A stretch of 63,967 bases of DNA, the filler included, from Octopus bimaculoides (Eukaryota): assembly GCF_001194135.2 (NCBI RefSeq). It is 9 parts of 9 records of this genome, joined end to end, with 100 filler letters (N's around TTAATTAATTAA, not from the genome) between each part and the next. Parts side by side here need not be neighbours in the genome. Positions count along the whole stretch, not along the records: positions 1 to 28,292 come from NC_068992.1; positions 28,393 to 31,125 come from NW_026402871.1; positions 31,226 to 35,332 come from NW_026331985.1; positions 35,433 to 43,767 come from NC_068987.1; 5 more parts are not named here. One strand, written 5' to 3'. Positions 24,693 through 36,078 of the stretch are shown piece after piece (positions within the stretch are counted from its first letter, which is position 1; each line of letters starts with the position of its first letter). The position numbers and the translations under genes were made by a program. The notes under the pieces were generated by a model. The model searched no databases. It saw only the letters and a program-made list of their open reading frames with translations, and was not told the origin of the DNA.

Positions 24693-26622
24693 TCTATTTT
24701 TTGACAGCTGAAATTCTCCTCCGATTCCCCAGAAGACGTGTCATTAAAGTGTACCGACCAGTAGGAGCATCCACACCTTTCGCACCCAACATAACTAGCT
24801 GGAGACGCAGTTACAGCCAATTGCCATGGTAACAAATGTCCATAACACAGTGAGTTGGGAGGGTTAGCAATCAGCAATCCTTGCCAACAGAGGGACCACC
24901 AAATCTGCTGGCACATTGGCCACAGATGCTGAGACTGGACTGTTTCTCGAAGACAATCTTTGTTGTAATGAAACAACGTAAAAGCAAGTTGCCTGATCTT
25001 GCGATGCTTCATAAGGCTGAAGTTCTCCTCTGAGACTTTATTGATTCTGTTTGCAATGTTACTCAACCTTTTTCTGCATTTCAAATGCTGCTTTCCACCT
25101 AAATTATGGGAACGCTTTGATGACCATTTTCTAGAATATTCTCGATGTAGTTCTTTATTATGTGAAGATTTTCGGGAAAACCTTTGGAATTTGTGCTTGC
25201 CTTGAGTTTGGAACTTTTTTCTGCTTGGATCTGATTTCCTTTTCTTTTTGATTTGTTTTCTTTCAAAATTCTCACTTTGATTTTTAACTTTAACTGTCTG
25301 CCTACCTGGACGTTTCTTTCGCTTACCATTCTGCTTACCAAAGTGGTCTTTTTGTTCTTCAACTTGGAAACTAGTTTTTTTCTTTTCATTCAATTTATAT
25401 AATCGCACCTTTTCATTATTTCTATTCTTCCGTCTATGTTCCTGTTTTGTAATTGTGTCTTTATGAGAATAGGAACTTTCTTCTTTATTTGACAATTGCC
25501 TCTTTTCCCTTTTCTCCTGTTTATGAAAGTCCCTATTTTTCCCTTTATTTAAATGATCCTTTTTCTTACATCCATCTTTGTGTTTTTTATCAGTTTCCTT
25601 AAAGTTTTTGCCTAAATTCTGTCGGTGATTCTTGTTTTTGTTTTCCTTGCGCTCATCAATGTTTTCAGGTGAAAATATCTGAAAATTAGCATTATATTCA
25701 TTATTCCAAGAATTTTTCTTATTGCCTTCATTATTCAAAAAACTTACCTTATTATCTTCATTATTCAAAGATCTTTCTCTATTGTATTCATTACTGAAAG
25801 ATGTTTCCTTTTTAAAATTAACCACATGTATGTTCCGTCTTGTATTCTTCCCACTTTCCTTATATTTATCATGCTGGAGATTATTTTCTTTAGAAAGAGA
25901 TTTCTTAATCCCAACTGATCTTTCATCCCCCTCTGTTCTTCTACGATAGTCTTTTCCTTTGTATTGTCCCAGTGTTGTTTTTGCTTCCATCTGGCTAGAT
26001 TTTTCAATTGGTTCTGGTTTGCGCAGATTAAAGAAACTTCCAAGATTATTCTTTAACAAAAAACTATCTAATTTGCTACTGATTTTACCGAGAGTCTTCT
26101 GAAATTTATTTTGTAATTTTTCTTTCGTAGCATGGAGTTTGTTCATCATTTTTTGAGCATACATATCAAGATTTCTAAACGAGGGTCTGGATTTTCCCTT
26201 TCTGTTTTGCTGGTTCTTCCAGTTTTGACTTTCTGCTGTAAAGTTCTGAAGTTTCTCAGAGATGTAATTTTTCCAATTTTGAGCCTTCTGTGATAGTTCC
26301 ACAACTGAAGATGACATAAGTTCTTTAACAGCTTCTAAAGTTAAAGTGCCGTTGCCAGAGAAGTTCAAAGCTGTAAATGACAACTCTTTTAATAACTCGT
26401 TTAAACTTTTCATGTCTCTGGGATTCTGTGAATGGCTAGAATCATTTGATTGGCATCGTTTATGGAAGTAGAGCCTCTTCCACAGTTCAACTCTTTTTAT
26501 CTCTCTCTCCAGTTTCTGTACAAGAATCATAGAATGTTGACGCTCATCACCTCCATCCGGCTTCTTGTTGGCATCATCATTGGTAAATGGAGCAGAAGGG
26601 AATTCAGCAGTCTTCGTAGCCT
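24693..26622 (-). CDS. Large coding exon of an uncharacterised Lys/Asn/Arg-rich coiled-coil protein with a Cys/Trp-rich C-terminal region (weakly CCPG1/PBXIP1-like architecture, unconfirmed)
   Basis: About 643 open codons in AT-rich DNA. Acceptor tttttgcAG at 26624-26623 adds 30 codons (ATKTAEFPSAPF...) upstream of MILVQ. The GAG TAA GC at the ORF end reads as donor GA|GTAAGC. Confidence 0.85.
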
Positions 26623-27983
26623 CTGCAAAAATTAATTAAAATATGAGAGAATGAATAATATTAATTATTTGTCTCATGTACATGTGGGACAAACAGAAGG
26701 GTAAGCAATAATATCAGTGAATGATCATTCCTATTGATTTCTGTGATGTGAGGAGGGGTGACTGGACAGAAAGAGGGTGATTGGAGGAGGAGGAAGGGGA
26801 GGANNNNNNNNNNNNNNNNNNNNNNNNNNNNNNNNNNNNNNNNNNNNNNNNNNNNNNNNNNNNNNNNNNNNNNNNNNNNNNNNNNNNNNNNNNNNNNNNN
26901 NNNNNNNNNNNNNNNNNNNNNNNNNNNNNNNNNNNNNNNNNNNNNNNNNNNNNNNNNNNNNNNNNNNNNNNNNNNNNNNNNNNNNNNNNNNNNNNNNNNN
27001 NNNNNNNNNNNNNNNNNNNNNNNNNNNNNNNNNNNNNNNNNNNNNNNNNNNNNNNNNNNNNNNNNNNNNNNNNNNNNNNNNNNNNNNNNNNNNNNNNNNN
27101 NNNNNNNNNNNNNNNNNNNNNNNNNNNNNNNNNNNNNNNNNNNNNNNNNNNNNNNNNNNNNNNNNNNNNNNNNNNNNNNNNNNNNNNNNNNNNNNNNNNN
27201 NNNNNNNNNNNNNNNNNNNNNNNNNNNNNNNNNNNNNNNNNNNNNNNNNNNNNNNNNNNNNNNNNNNNNNNNNNNNNNNNNNNNNNNNNNNNNNNNNNNN
27301 NNNNNNNNNNNNNNNNNNNNNNNNNNNNNNNNNNNNNNNNNNNNNNNNNNNNNNNNNNNNNNNNNNNNNCTGCTGCTGGTGGTGAAACACCTTCCTATGA
27401 CGTGTTGAAACACCAACTTACGAATGACAAACAACTGACAAAACTGTCTCTAAGGGAGATAACTATTGAACGACTTACAAAATTTGAAAGAAAAAAAGAA
27501 CTTCTCGGTGTCCACAATTAAAACAACATTAAATTAAAATAGCCATCTATATATCATACTAAATGTATATAGACCATTGACAGGCATATCGAAAGAGACA
27601 GGTTTCATCTAGGTAATGTGACAAGGAAGATTCACCCTCTCAGACCTTAGCCCCGCAGTGGGTCCTGAGTGAAAAAAAAATACTTGTTGCATACACAACG
27701 CAAGAGTAACTCGAGATTGCAGGCAAACTAATGGACAGAATCACAAAAAAATTCAGGAGGATAACAATGATAAGTCTTTCTCTTTCGATTACCGTATTTG
27801 TTCATTGCAGGTTAAATAAAAATGGACAGAATCACAGAAAAAACAAAAAGGCATTCAGGAGAATAACAATAACAGACTTATCCACTGTATTTGCTCACCC
27901 GAATCGCAAACTTCCTCATCATTTTAACCAGATTGATTCTTCAAATCACTCTCATTGTTTGGCATAATGGTAAACTCTATTAT

Positions 27984-28127
27984 TACATTATTTACATTTG
28001 ACGGATATTTGTCCTCATCTTGTTTGTTGTTAACACAACGTTTCAGCTGATATACCCTCCAGCCTTCATCAGGTCTCTTGGGGAAATTTCGAACCTGGGT
28101 TCTCATTCCTAAGGTATTTTTTGATGA

Positions 28128-28162
<35 letters not shown>

Positions 28163-28280
28163 GGAATCTCGGGGTTAGTAGCCTGTGCTCTTAACCACTA
28201 CACCATATGCCCATGGACGAATATCTGCCAAATGTAAATAATGTACATAATTCCTCATATCTTAGATATAGAACGGTAAA
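27984..28280 (-). mobile_element. tRNA-headed, hammerhead-bearing non-autonomous retroelement (most complete copy)
   Basis: A-box-like TGGTGTAGTGGTTAAG head, (AAT)n linker, hammerhead, and 31 bp inverted terminal segments (27984-28014 vs 28215-28245, 3 mismatches). Confidence 0.7.
28032..28077 (-). ncRNA. Minimal type I hammerhead ribozyme motif
   Basis: Reverse complement reads GAGAC-CTGATGA-A-GGCTG(gagggtatat)CAGCT-GAAAC-GTT-GTGTT; core intact, one mismatch in stem I. Confidence 0.7.
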
Positions 28281-28542
28281 TTTTATGTCCAANNNNNNNN
28301 NNNNNNNNNNNNNNNNNNNNNNNNNNNNNNNNNNNNTTAATTAATTAANNNNNNNNNNNNNNNNNNNNNNNNNNNNNNNNNNNNNNNNNNNNAGATAAAT
28401 ACCACTCATAATGAGGACACTCTTCAGGTCAAGTAACTTCAAAAAATGTATCCTAATATTTAAAAATGAGATAAAATAAGAAAAGTCGCAAAAAAATAAC
28501 ATAACAGCATAATATTGTCTGATTTCCTGTCTATGCACATAC

Positions 28543-28610
28543 CTTATCAATTTTTATTTTTAAGCTTTTCTTCCCGCTTCTCCTTCAACGCCATATTGTC
28601 ACGTGTCTCA
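28543..28610 (-). promoter_or_regulatory. Candidate core promoter and short non-coding first exon
   Basis: YY1-type CGCCATATT (28589-28597) abuts E-box GTCACGTG (28598-28605), followed on the minus strand by donor AAG|GTATGT at 28543/28542. The ATG in the YY1 motif opens only a 15-codon uORF. Confidence 0.5.
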
Positions 28611-29159
28611 TATATTTTAATTCTACATGGTAATTTTTATATTTGTGCTCATGAATAAACGCCCTTTTGTCACATGTTACACATCGTATAAATTTCTTTG
28701 CCTCATGAGTAATACCATAGTCAACAAAGAATCTTCGTTAAGATAATTTCTTAGTGCTGTGTTGTGTTATTTGGATATTTAGCGAACAATTTTTTTTATG
28801 GAGTTTTGGATTATTACATTTTTTGTGGAAAGTAAGTGTCTATTATTGTGTTGATATCTCCAAGAACCATGTTATTGCTTTGTCTTAAAGCAATTTGTCA
28901 TTAATTCCTCCGTTCAGGGGAATTATTGTTGAACTGTATTTGTGGGGTGTAAAACCCTCCAAAAAAAAAATTGTGTTCGGCGTTTTGCCAAAGCTCTATT
29001 ATGGAGTCGCCAATCGACATTACTGATATGCCTGTTTTTGCAACAGGTGAAAAAAAAGACGAAAAGAAGGTGGAGGAAAGAAAAATTAAATTTCGCAAAA
29101 GCAACGGGAAGAAAGGAGGAAAAAAAATCAACACTGAACTGGAAAATCTTAAAAAATTC

Positions 29160-29325
29160 ATGTCATCATCATCATCATCATCGTTTAACGTCCGCTTTCC
29201 ATGCTAGCATGGGTTGGACGATTTGACTGAGGACTGGTGAAACCGGATGACAACACCAGGCTCCAATCTAAATTTGGCAGAGTTTCTACAGCTGGATGCC
29301 CTTCCTAACGCCAACCACTCAGAGA
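29160..29325. mobile_element. Dispersed repeat family D with (TCA)n end (also about 15500-15625, 15940-16365, 29985-30120, 40990-41290, 43190-43325)
   Basis: TCATCATCGTTTAACGTCCGCTTTCCATGCTAGCATGGGTTGGACG...TTTCTACAGCTGGATGCCCTTCCTAACGCCAACC. Confidence 0.75.
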
Positions 29326-32129
29326 GTGTAGATATATANNNNNNNNNNNNNNNNNNNNNNNNNNNNNNNNNNNNNNNNNNNNNNNNNNNNNNNNNNNNNN
29401 NNNNNNNNNNNNNNNNNNNNNNNNNNNNNNNNNNNNNNNNNNNNNNNNNNNNNNNNNNNNNNNNNNATATATATATATATATACATCCTTATGCATTGAA
29501 ACCGGCTCCCCGAAGCACTACAATGTGAAGCTATAAAAAAGACTTTTGACTGATTAAGCGTATTAGGTGTGGGGCATAGAAGTCACATAAATATTTTCAT
29601 TGGATTTACAGCTTGAATGTTTTCTGTTACGGTTACAACTGTTACAAGTTCTTTTTATTCCTTTGGAATTATTTAGCACCTCCTAAAATTGTTATATATA
29701 TATAAAAGTCTTTTTTATAACATCACACTACAACACTTTAAAGAACCAACCTCAATACATAAAGATACACACACATATATATATATAATAATATTCATTT
29801 TATTATATTTATCTTATGATATTTACTTTGCTTTATATTATACTCATTTATTGTGCTTTTAATTGCTAATTCTTCCATATGTGATAGTGGACTCTCATCG
29901 ATGAGCTCCTGAAACTTGGCTACTTTCCCCAAAACTGTTCAAAAATGAGGGGACTGAGATAAAAGTATCCCCAATTGAACAAACATCATCATCATCATCA
30001 TCGTCGTTTAATGTCCGCTTTCCATGCTAGCATGGGTTGAACGATTTGACTGAGGACTGGTGAAACCAGATGGCTACACCAGGCTCCAATCTGATTTGGC
30101 AGAGTTTCTACAGCTGGAAACGTTCATCCAAATTAACAAGGAAAGGATAATATATAAGACATATAACATCAGCAAGAAGAGGATTTATAAAACGGAAGAA
30201 AAATTTATAGAAAAATATCTGAGACCAATTTGGTCACACATAATTTACATTATGTGAAAGACAGCTATCATGCAGAAAATGTCAGCTTCCAAATCCTGTT
30301 TTCTGATTAGGTAAAATTGATTAAATTTTAAATTTCAGTAACATTTTTCTGGCGAATGGAAAATTATTTCAATAAACTAAATTTGAAAATTATTTCAGCA
30401 TACTATATTTGAAAATTTTGACATAATTTAAAAATTTCACATGTGACAGCAACAGGAAAGACCCTACAAAGGTATAGAGATAGACAATTATAGAACATTA
30501 CACACACAAACACATTTACAAATATATACACAGGTAATTACAAGTTTAAAATAGTGTATAGTAAGCTAGTAAGCATATGTATGTATATACATGTATATGT
30601 GTCTGTGTGTGAGTGTTTCTTTGTGATGGACACCTACCCCCTCTCCTTAAAGTTACATATTCTTTATACCTACCTTTCTTTCCCTTCCTCAGCATTTTAA
30701 AAGTTAGTGATGTGTATGTGAATGTGTGTGTGTAGTGTGTGTGCGTGTATGTGTGCATATGTGTATGTGCATGCATCTATGTATTTACAAAAGTATGTAT
30801 GCAGCATCGTGTGTATATCCATGAATGACAGCTGTAACAACGTTATCATCCCACTGCCATTCTATATTTGTCGTTTACACGATATCACCACATTTCTCTC
30901 ACACTAACACTCTTTGCACCCTTCTCATTTTATCAAATAATAGCTCAAACTCCTAAGAGGCCCATTATAGACTTTTATTGAAATGCAATTAGCCTATAAT
31001 TGAACTGGATGTTAGTTTAACGTGTGCAAACTTTCAAGATTGGTTGACTGGTGTAGGCAGGAAGCTGGTAACAGACAGATTGACGGGCACAAATTGCCAT
31101 TTATGTATAAGATACATCTATATATNNNNNNNNNNNNNNNNNNNNNNNNNNNNNNNNNNNNNNNNNNNNTTAATTAATTAANNNNNNNNNNNNNNNNNNN
31201 NNNNNNNNNNNNNNNNNNNNNNNNNAGAGAATAATGTAATCTTTCTTCTTCTTGTACTTAAATATACTTGGCTATATAACACTGACCACAGTAATCTGGA
31301 TTTTGTGCATTCGAATGAGTTAATCCAATCCAGAGATTTTGTGCCGTGAAATATCATAATGAAACAGAATAAAATGAAATATGAATGATTTGGTTGCAGA
31401 AATTGTTACACATAGGATTTTTGTAATTTTTATTATACGATTCCATGGTTATGGAATATTTAGAGAAGCAACATATATGGAATGCATCCAAGATATTGAT
31501 CAGATTTTCTGTATATAGTGCATGCTTCTCAGCTATAAAGTAGAGTTGTCATGACAGCTAGCTAAATATCAAATATGTTTTTCCGTCTGTGTGTGTTAGT
31601 GTGTGGTGTGTGTTTGTATGTATGTATGTGTGTGTGTGTGTGTGTGTGTTTGTGTGTGTGAGGGATGTGATATCGCGGCATTTCCATAGACGGTAGGACA
31701 GTTTTCTAAACTGGTAATTGTTTTGTCTCTACGTATTTGTGATATCGTGTGATAGCGATATTTCAATAGACATCTGTTGGAGTGATCACTCAGACAGGAG
31801 TGGCAAATTTTAATTGGATTCATTGCTTAGTGGATGATGGCTAACCTTCTGCAAAATTCCGAAATGGATGTCAGATAAATTGTTTGTTTCATTTTGTGTG
31901 AGGGTGATTGCGGGGTCGATGGTTTTTCATTCGCCTTGAGAAGAATATTTGTTATTTTACATACTACAATTCATAACGGAAGCTGCAGATGAAGGTTTTG
32001 ATTTAAATCTAGACGCTATGAAGGAGAACTAATGATAGGATGATTAAACACAAATGCTCCTTTTGCTACATACTCTAAGATGATAGACAAATATGAACAG
32101 TATTTCGGGCTTGAACATAATCAAGTATA

Positions 32130-32590
32130 ATTATCAAAATAAGAGGAAATCAACTCTGTCAGACAACCTCAAGAGGAATGTTTTTCCATGCAACAGTAGC
32201 GTTAGTTCTTATATATAGAGCAACACTCTAATCGCTTACAGAAAAAGTGAAATTCAAGCTAGATGAAACTTACACCCGAGTGTTAAGAGCAGTCTTACAC
32301 ATATCATGGATGACCCAACCCACCAAGAAACAGCTGTACGGAGATCTGCTTGTTTTCACCATTATGAGGGAAAGGCGCTTCCGCTTTGTAGGACATTACT
32401 GGCCTGCTAAACAAGAGCTGGCAAGTGGCTTACTGTTATGCATGCCAAAGCATGGCCATACAGGAGCAGGTCATCCGAGCACAACGTATGTAGATGAACT
32501 CACCAGCGACACTAGATGCCCCCTGAGATCTTCCTCAACTAATGCAGGACCGAGATAGGTGACATGTACGGGTTAAAAATGTCTGAGCAA
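32130..32590 (+). mobile_element. RTE-like LINE 3' fragment
   Basis: KLDETYTRVLRAVLHISW...RERRFRFVGHYW...GHPSTTYVDEL. Confidence 0.75.
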
Positions 32591-32799
32591 GCTCTGCACT
32601 GTTTTGGCCAAAAGTCCTTTAAAAAAAACCTCAGTGACGAGAAGAACGATTTGATATTTGAGGAAAAAATTTTTTTTTCAACTTTGATTTATCTAAGAAT
32701 TGAAGACCTCCAGGCATTGTATAACTGAGAAGACAATCTTTATAATTGTGTATTGTGCATTATCCCATGAGGTTGTAAAGGAAACCATCTTGTTTTATT

Positions 32800-33420
32800 C
32801 ATCATCCTCTAAATCTTAAGAAGGTCTCGTAGATTTTTATAGTCCCAGATGTCATGATCATTTGTAGTATATGAATTAAGGATTTGCGTTGTCTACCAAA
32901 GAACCTAAGTTCAGCCATACTTTGCTCCCGACGGGTCGGTGTGTATCCTGTTACTCCAATAATAATAATAGGTATGAAGCTGAAAGTGTGTCTTTGGTAC
33001 GAGATTTGTAAACTCCTTATTAATAGTTCATAGATGTCCTCTTTCTCTGCTATTTTTCTAACCACATTGGTGTCCAGAGTGCTGCTGATTTCCACAGCAG
33101 AACATATTTTTTTCTTGTGGCACCACACAACAATATTTGACCTGCTGTGTTCTAACTGCGTGGCTGTTTTAAATAATAAGTTCCACCAATATTCTTCATC
33201 GCCCTTTTATGGTTTCGTTTTTATATTTTACCGCTCGGTCTACAGTTACTGTATTTTTTCTTGTATATAATCAATCCTTTATGTCCGCTCATTTATATCT
33301 CACCACCAAAATGAACAACATTATCAATTAGGCGTCGAAATTGTGAGGAATTTTGGTCGATAATTGATGAAATATGAGCGTGTTCGTGTCTTAGAGTGTT
33401 TTTCCTGTTCTCTGTATGTT
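32800..33420 (-). mobile_element. Decayed RLE-type LINE C-terminal fragment
   Basis: YWWNLLFKTATQLEHSRSNIVVWCHKKKICSAVEISSTLDTNVVRKIAEKEDIY...FSFIPIII is a degenerate RPD/E..P.D RLE motif. Confidence 0.7.
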
Positions 33421-33443
33421 CCTTCGTCGTCTTCCCATGTAAC

Positions 33444-33495
<52 letters not shown>

Positions 33496-35332
33496 GAACT
33501 TTAGGTGAGTCAAAATATGTTTGTGACATATTTTAACTTCTAAAGACAAATTCCCTGCACTTATCACGGAGAAAAAAATATCTCTTATGGTAAGAAGTGC
33601 AAAAACAACATATCTGCCCAGTGCTCCCTACTTTCAGATTCCCCTCAGGGACATATCTGGCTCTTTAGCTTTTCTCAATGGGAAATAGCGAAGAGAGATA
33701 ACTTTGGGTAGATTTAAAAGCGTAGCTTTAACTAAAAAGATCAATGACTGAGTTGCGCTATTGGATCGCCTGGTGGGGATAAATATATAAAGCAGTAATT
33801 AGGAATAAACGAACTTTAGGTTAGTCAAAATATGTTTGTGTCATATTTTAACTTTTAAAGGGAAATCCACTGCCGTAACTGCGGAGAAAAAATTCTGTAA
33901 TGTAAAAGCACGAAGAGGGAATTTTTATCCACGGTACTGCTATATATATACGAGGAGCTTTCACAGAGATTCTGTCTACCGAATTCATTCTCAAAGCATT
34001 GGTCGTCTGGGGCTATAGTAGAAGACACTTGCTCAAGTTGCCGTGCAGTGAGACCGATTCCGAAACCACGTGGTAGCGAAGAGATATTCTTAATTACACA
34101 CCCATATCTGGCAAATGAATAAATAAATAAATATTTGAATAAATAAATAAATATATGAATAAATAAATAGACTTAATGGTTACAGATAAGATGCATTGAT
34201 TATATGGCTGCTCTGTTAAGGGTGACCTGGGGCTCAACAACAACAACAATTGCAACAACAGCGCCCAAAGCAACAATAATGTTCATGTTGATATTTAAAT
34301 TAACAGTTAGCTAGTTATATAAACAACTGCACTGGAAGACTTAATTTATCTTACTAATTATTAAATAAACATATAATAACTTTTGGATGAACCCTTATGT
34401 AATTAATATAATTTTTGATTTACTCCATCATCTCTAATTAGTGTTAATTAATTACCGCAAGGTTTCCATTGCAAAATCGAATAATTCTCCTAATTCTTCT
34501 AATATTTGTTTCTCACCTTGATTACACTCACACACGCTCACCCCCCCCCCCCCCACACACACACAATACTTATCAGTTATCTGTTGATTGGTTGTTTTAC
34601 TCTATGGTATGAGGGAGAATCGTCATGTTAGGAATCCATATTTTCTTTTTGATAATAGAACGAATAAGTGTTATCTTTATGCATTTACTTGATAAAATCT
34701 TCTTTCTTTTCGCTTTTCATTCAAGCATGGATTCCTTAACATTCGTATAAAGCCGCTATTTCGATCTAGTTGGATCTCATCATTATGATGCGATCAGGAA
34801 TCGTTGGACTATTAAACACTACTTTATATTAAATCAAATTAACTTTACAAAATAGAAAGAAGGGATAGGTTAGATATATAATGATATCAATATCGTTCAT
34901 ACTTCATTAGTTGTGTAAAAGAGAGACGGAGAAAGTAGTAAACTTTAAGATTTATATACATATTGAAATAAATGTAATTCACAACAATCTAATTCATGCC
35001 TCATTCCTTCACGAATATAAATAATACAGTTCCTTTGCTTTGTAGTTAGAACTGAACTTAAATTTCCAACCGTAAGCAGTGATATATTTATACAATATCT
35101 TTAACGTACAGGTTTGTGTAGCAATCTAAAAATCCATGCGGGTTACGTGATTGTGGTCACATAATTTATGGAGAGACACGGTTCTTCCATAAGAATTTCT
35201 TGTATAAACGAAATCTCTCAGTTGATTGGTTGTTCTTCTCTATGGTGTAGAGAATCATCTTGTCAGGGTTCCATATTTTATCCTATTCTATATTCTCACA
35301 CTCCCTCTCTCTTTCCATATATAGATTTACAT

Positions 35333-35432
35333 NNNNNNNNNNNNNNNNNNNNNNNNNNNNNNNNNNNNNNNNNNNNTTAATTAATTAANNNNNNNNNNNN
35401 NNNNNNNNNNNNNNNNNNNNNNNNNNNNNNNN
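35333..35432. other. Unsized scaffold gap with TTAATTAATTAA spacer (also about 28293, 31126, 43768, 51547, 57811, 59289, 62861)
   Basis: An identical 12-mer sits inside about 100 N at eight places; it gives stop codons in all six frames, as expected for an assembler or scaffolder spacer. Confidence 0.85.
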
Positions 35433-35983
35433 GTTAGCACGTTGGACGAAATGCTTAGCACTATTTCTCCTGTTGCTATGTTCTGAGATCATGTTCTGCC
35501 AAGGTTGATTTTGCCTTTCATCCTTTCTGGGTCAATAAATTAAGCACCAGTAAAAAACACTGGGGTCGATGTAATCGACTTACCCCCTCCTCACAATGGC
35601 TTCCCTTGTGGCAAAATTTGAAACCATTATTAAGCTGCTGTTTGAAACATAAATTATGATGGAATTTTGATGTGAGATTTTAATTTAAATCACCTTAAAA
35701 CAGGGAGCTTTTATCACAGAACCAAGGTGATCTCAGGCAGATTTATATCAAATGGATTAACAAAAGGGTTATCCAAGAGTTATTGGCATTGAAAAAAGGA
35801 TCCAACTGTAAAACACAAGTTACAGCAATTCCTGCAAATACTGACATTTGTAAATCTAATCTACCAATAGGAATGAGAGAGAAAGAATGAGAACAGATCT
35901 GTGAAAGAGAGAATGAAATTTGATCATCTAGATTAAAAACAAAACAAGAAAAGACAATGAAGATGATATTTAATAATACTTAC

Positions 35984-36078
35984 TGCCATTAATATTTTAG
36001 CACAAGCTGGCCAGGACAATCCTTGACACAAACCATTAAGAAACCACAAAATTGAAAACATCCAAACAGAATTAAAAC
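35984..36078 (-). CDS. SLC37A4: Next coding exon of SLC37A4
   Basis: Acceptor ...cacgcAG and donor GCA|GTAAGT; 95 nt, phase 1 in and phase 0 out, in frame with the 42816-42953 exon: GFNSVWMFSILWFLNGLCQGLSWPACAKILMA. Matches human [22 protein letters not shown]. Confidence 0.92.

Noticed and set aside
28160-28215. tRNA-like sequences here and at other SINE heads
   Set aside because: They lack a complete cloverleaf or acceptor stem and run into SINE bodies; not called as tRNA genes.
28293-28392. Identical TTAATTAATTAA 12-mer recurring at eight sites, superficially like a regularly placed motif or array
   Set aside because: It is always embedded in about 100 N, so it is a scaffolding spacer rather than biological sequence.
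29820-29935. Possible minus-strand exon VLGKVAKFQELIDESPLSHMEELAIKS with phase 1 ends
   Set aside because: Splice sites are weak, there is no recognisable similarity to SLC37A4, and it lies upstream of the candidate promoter of the 24-26 kb gene.
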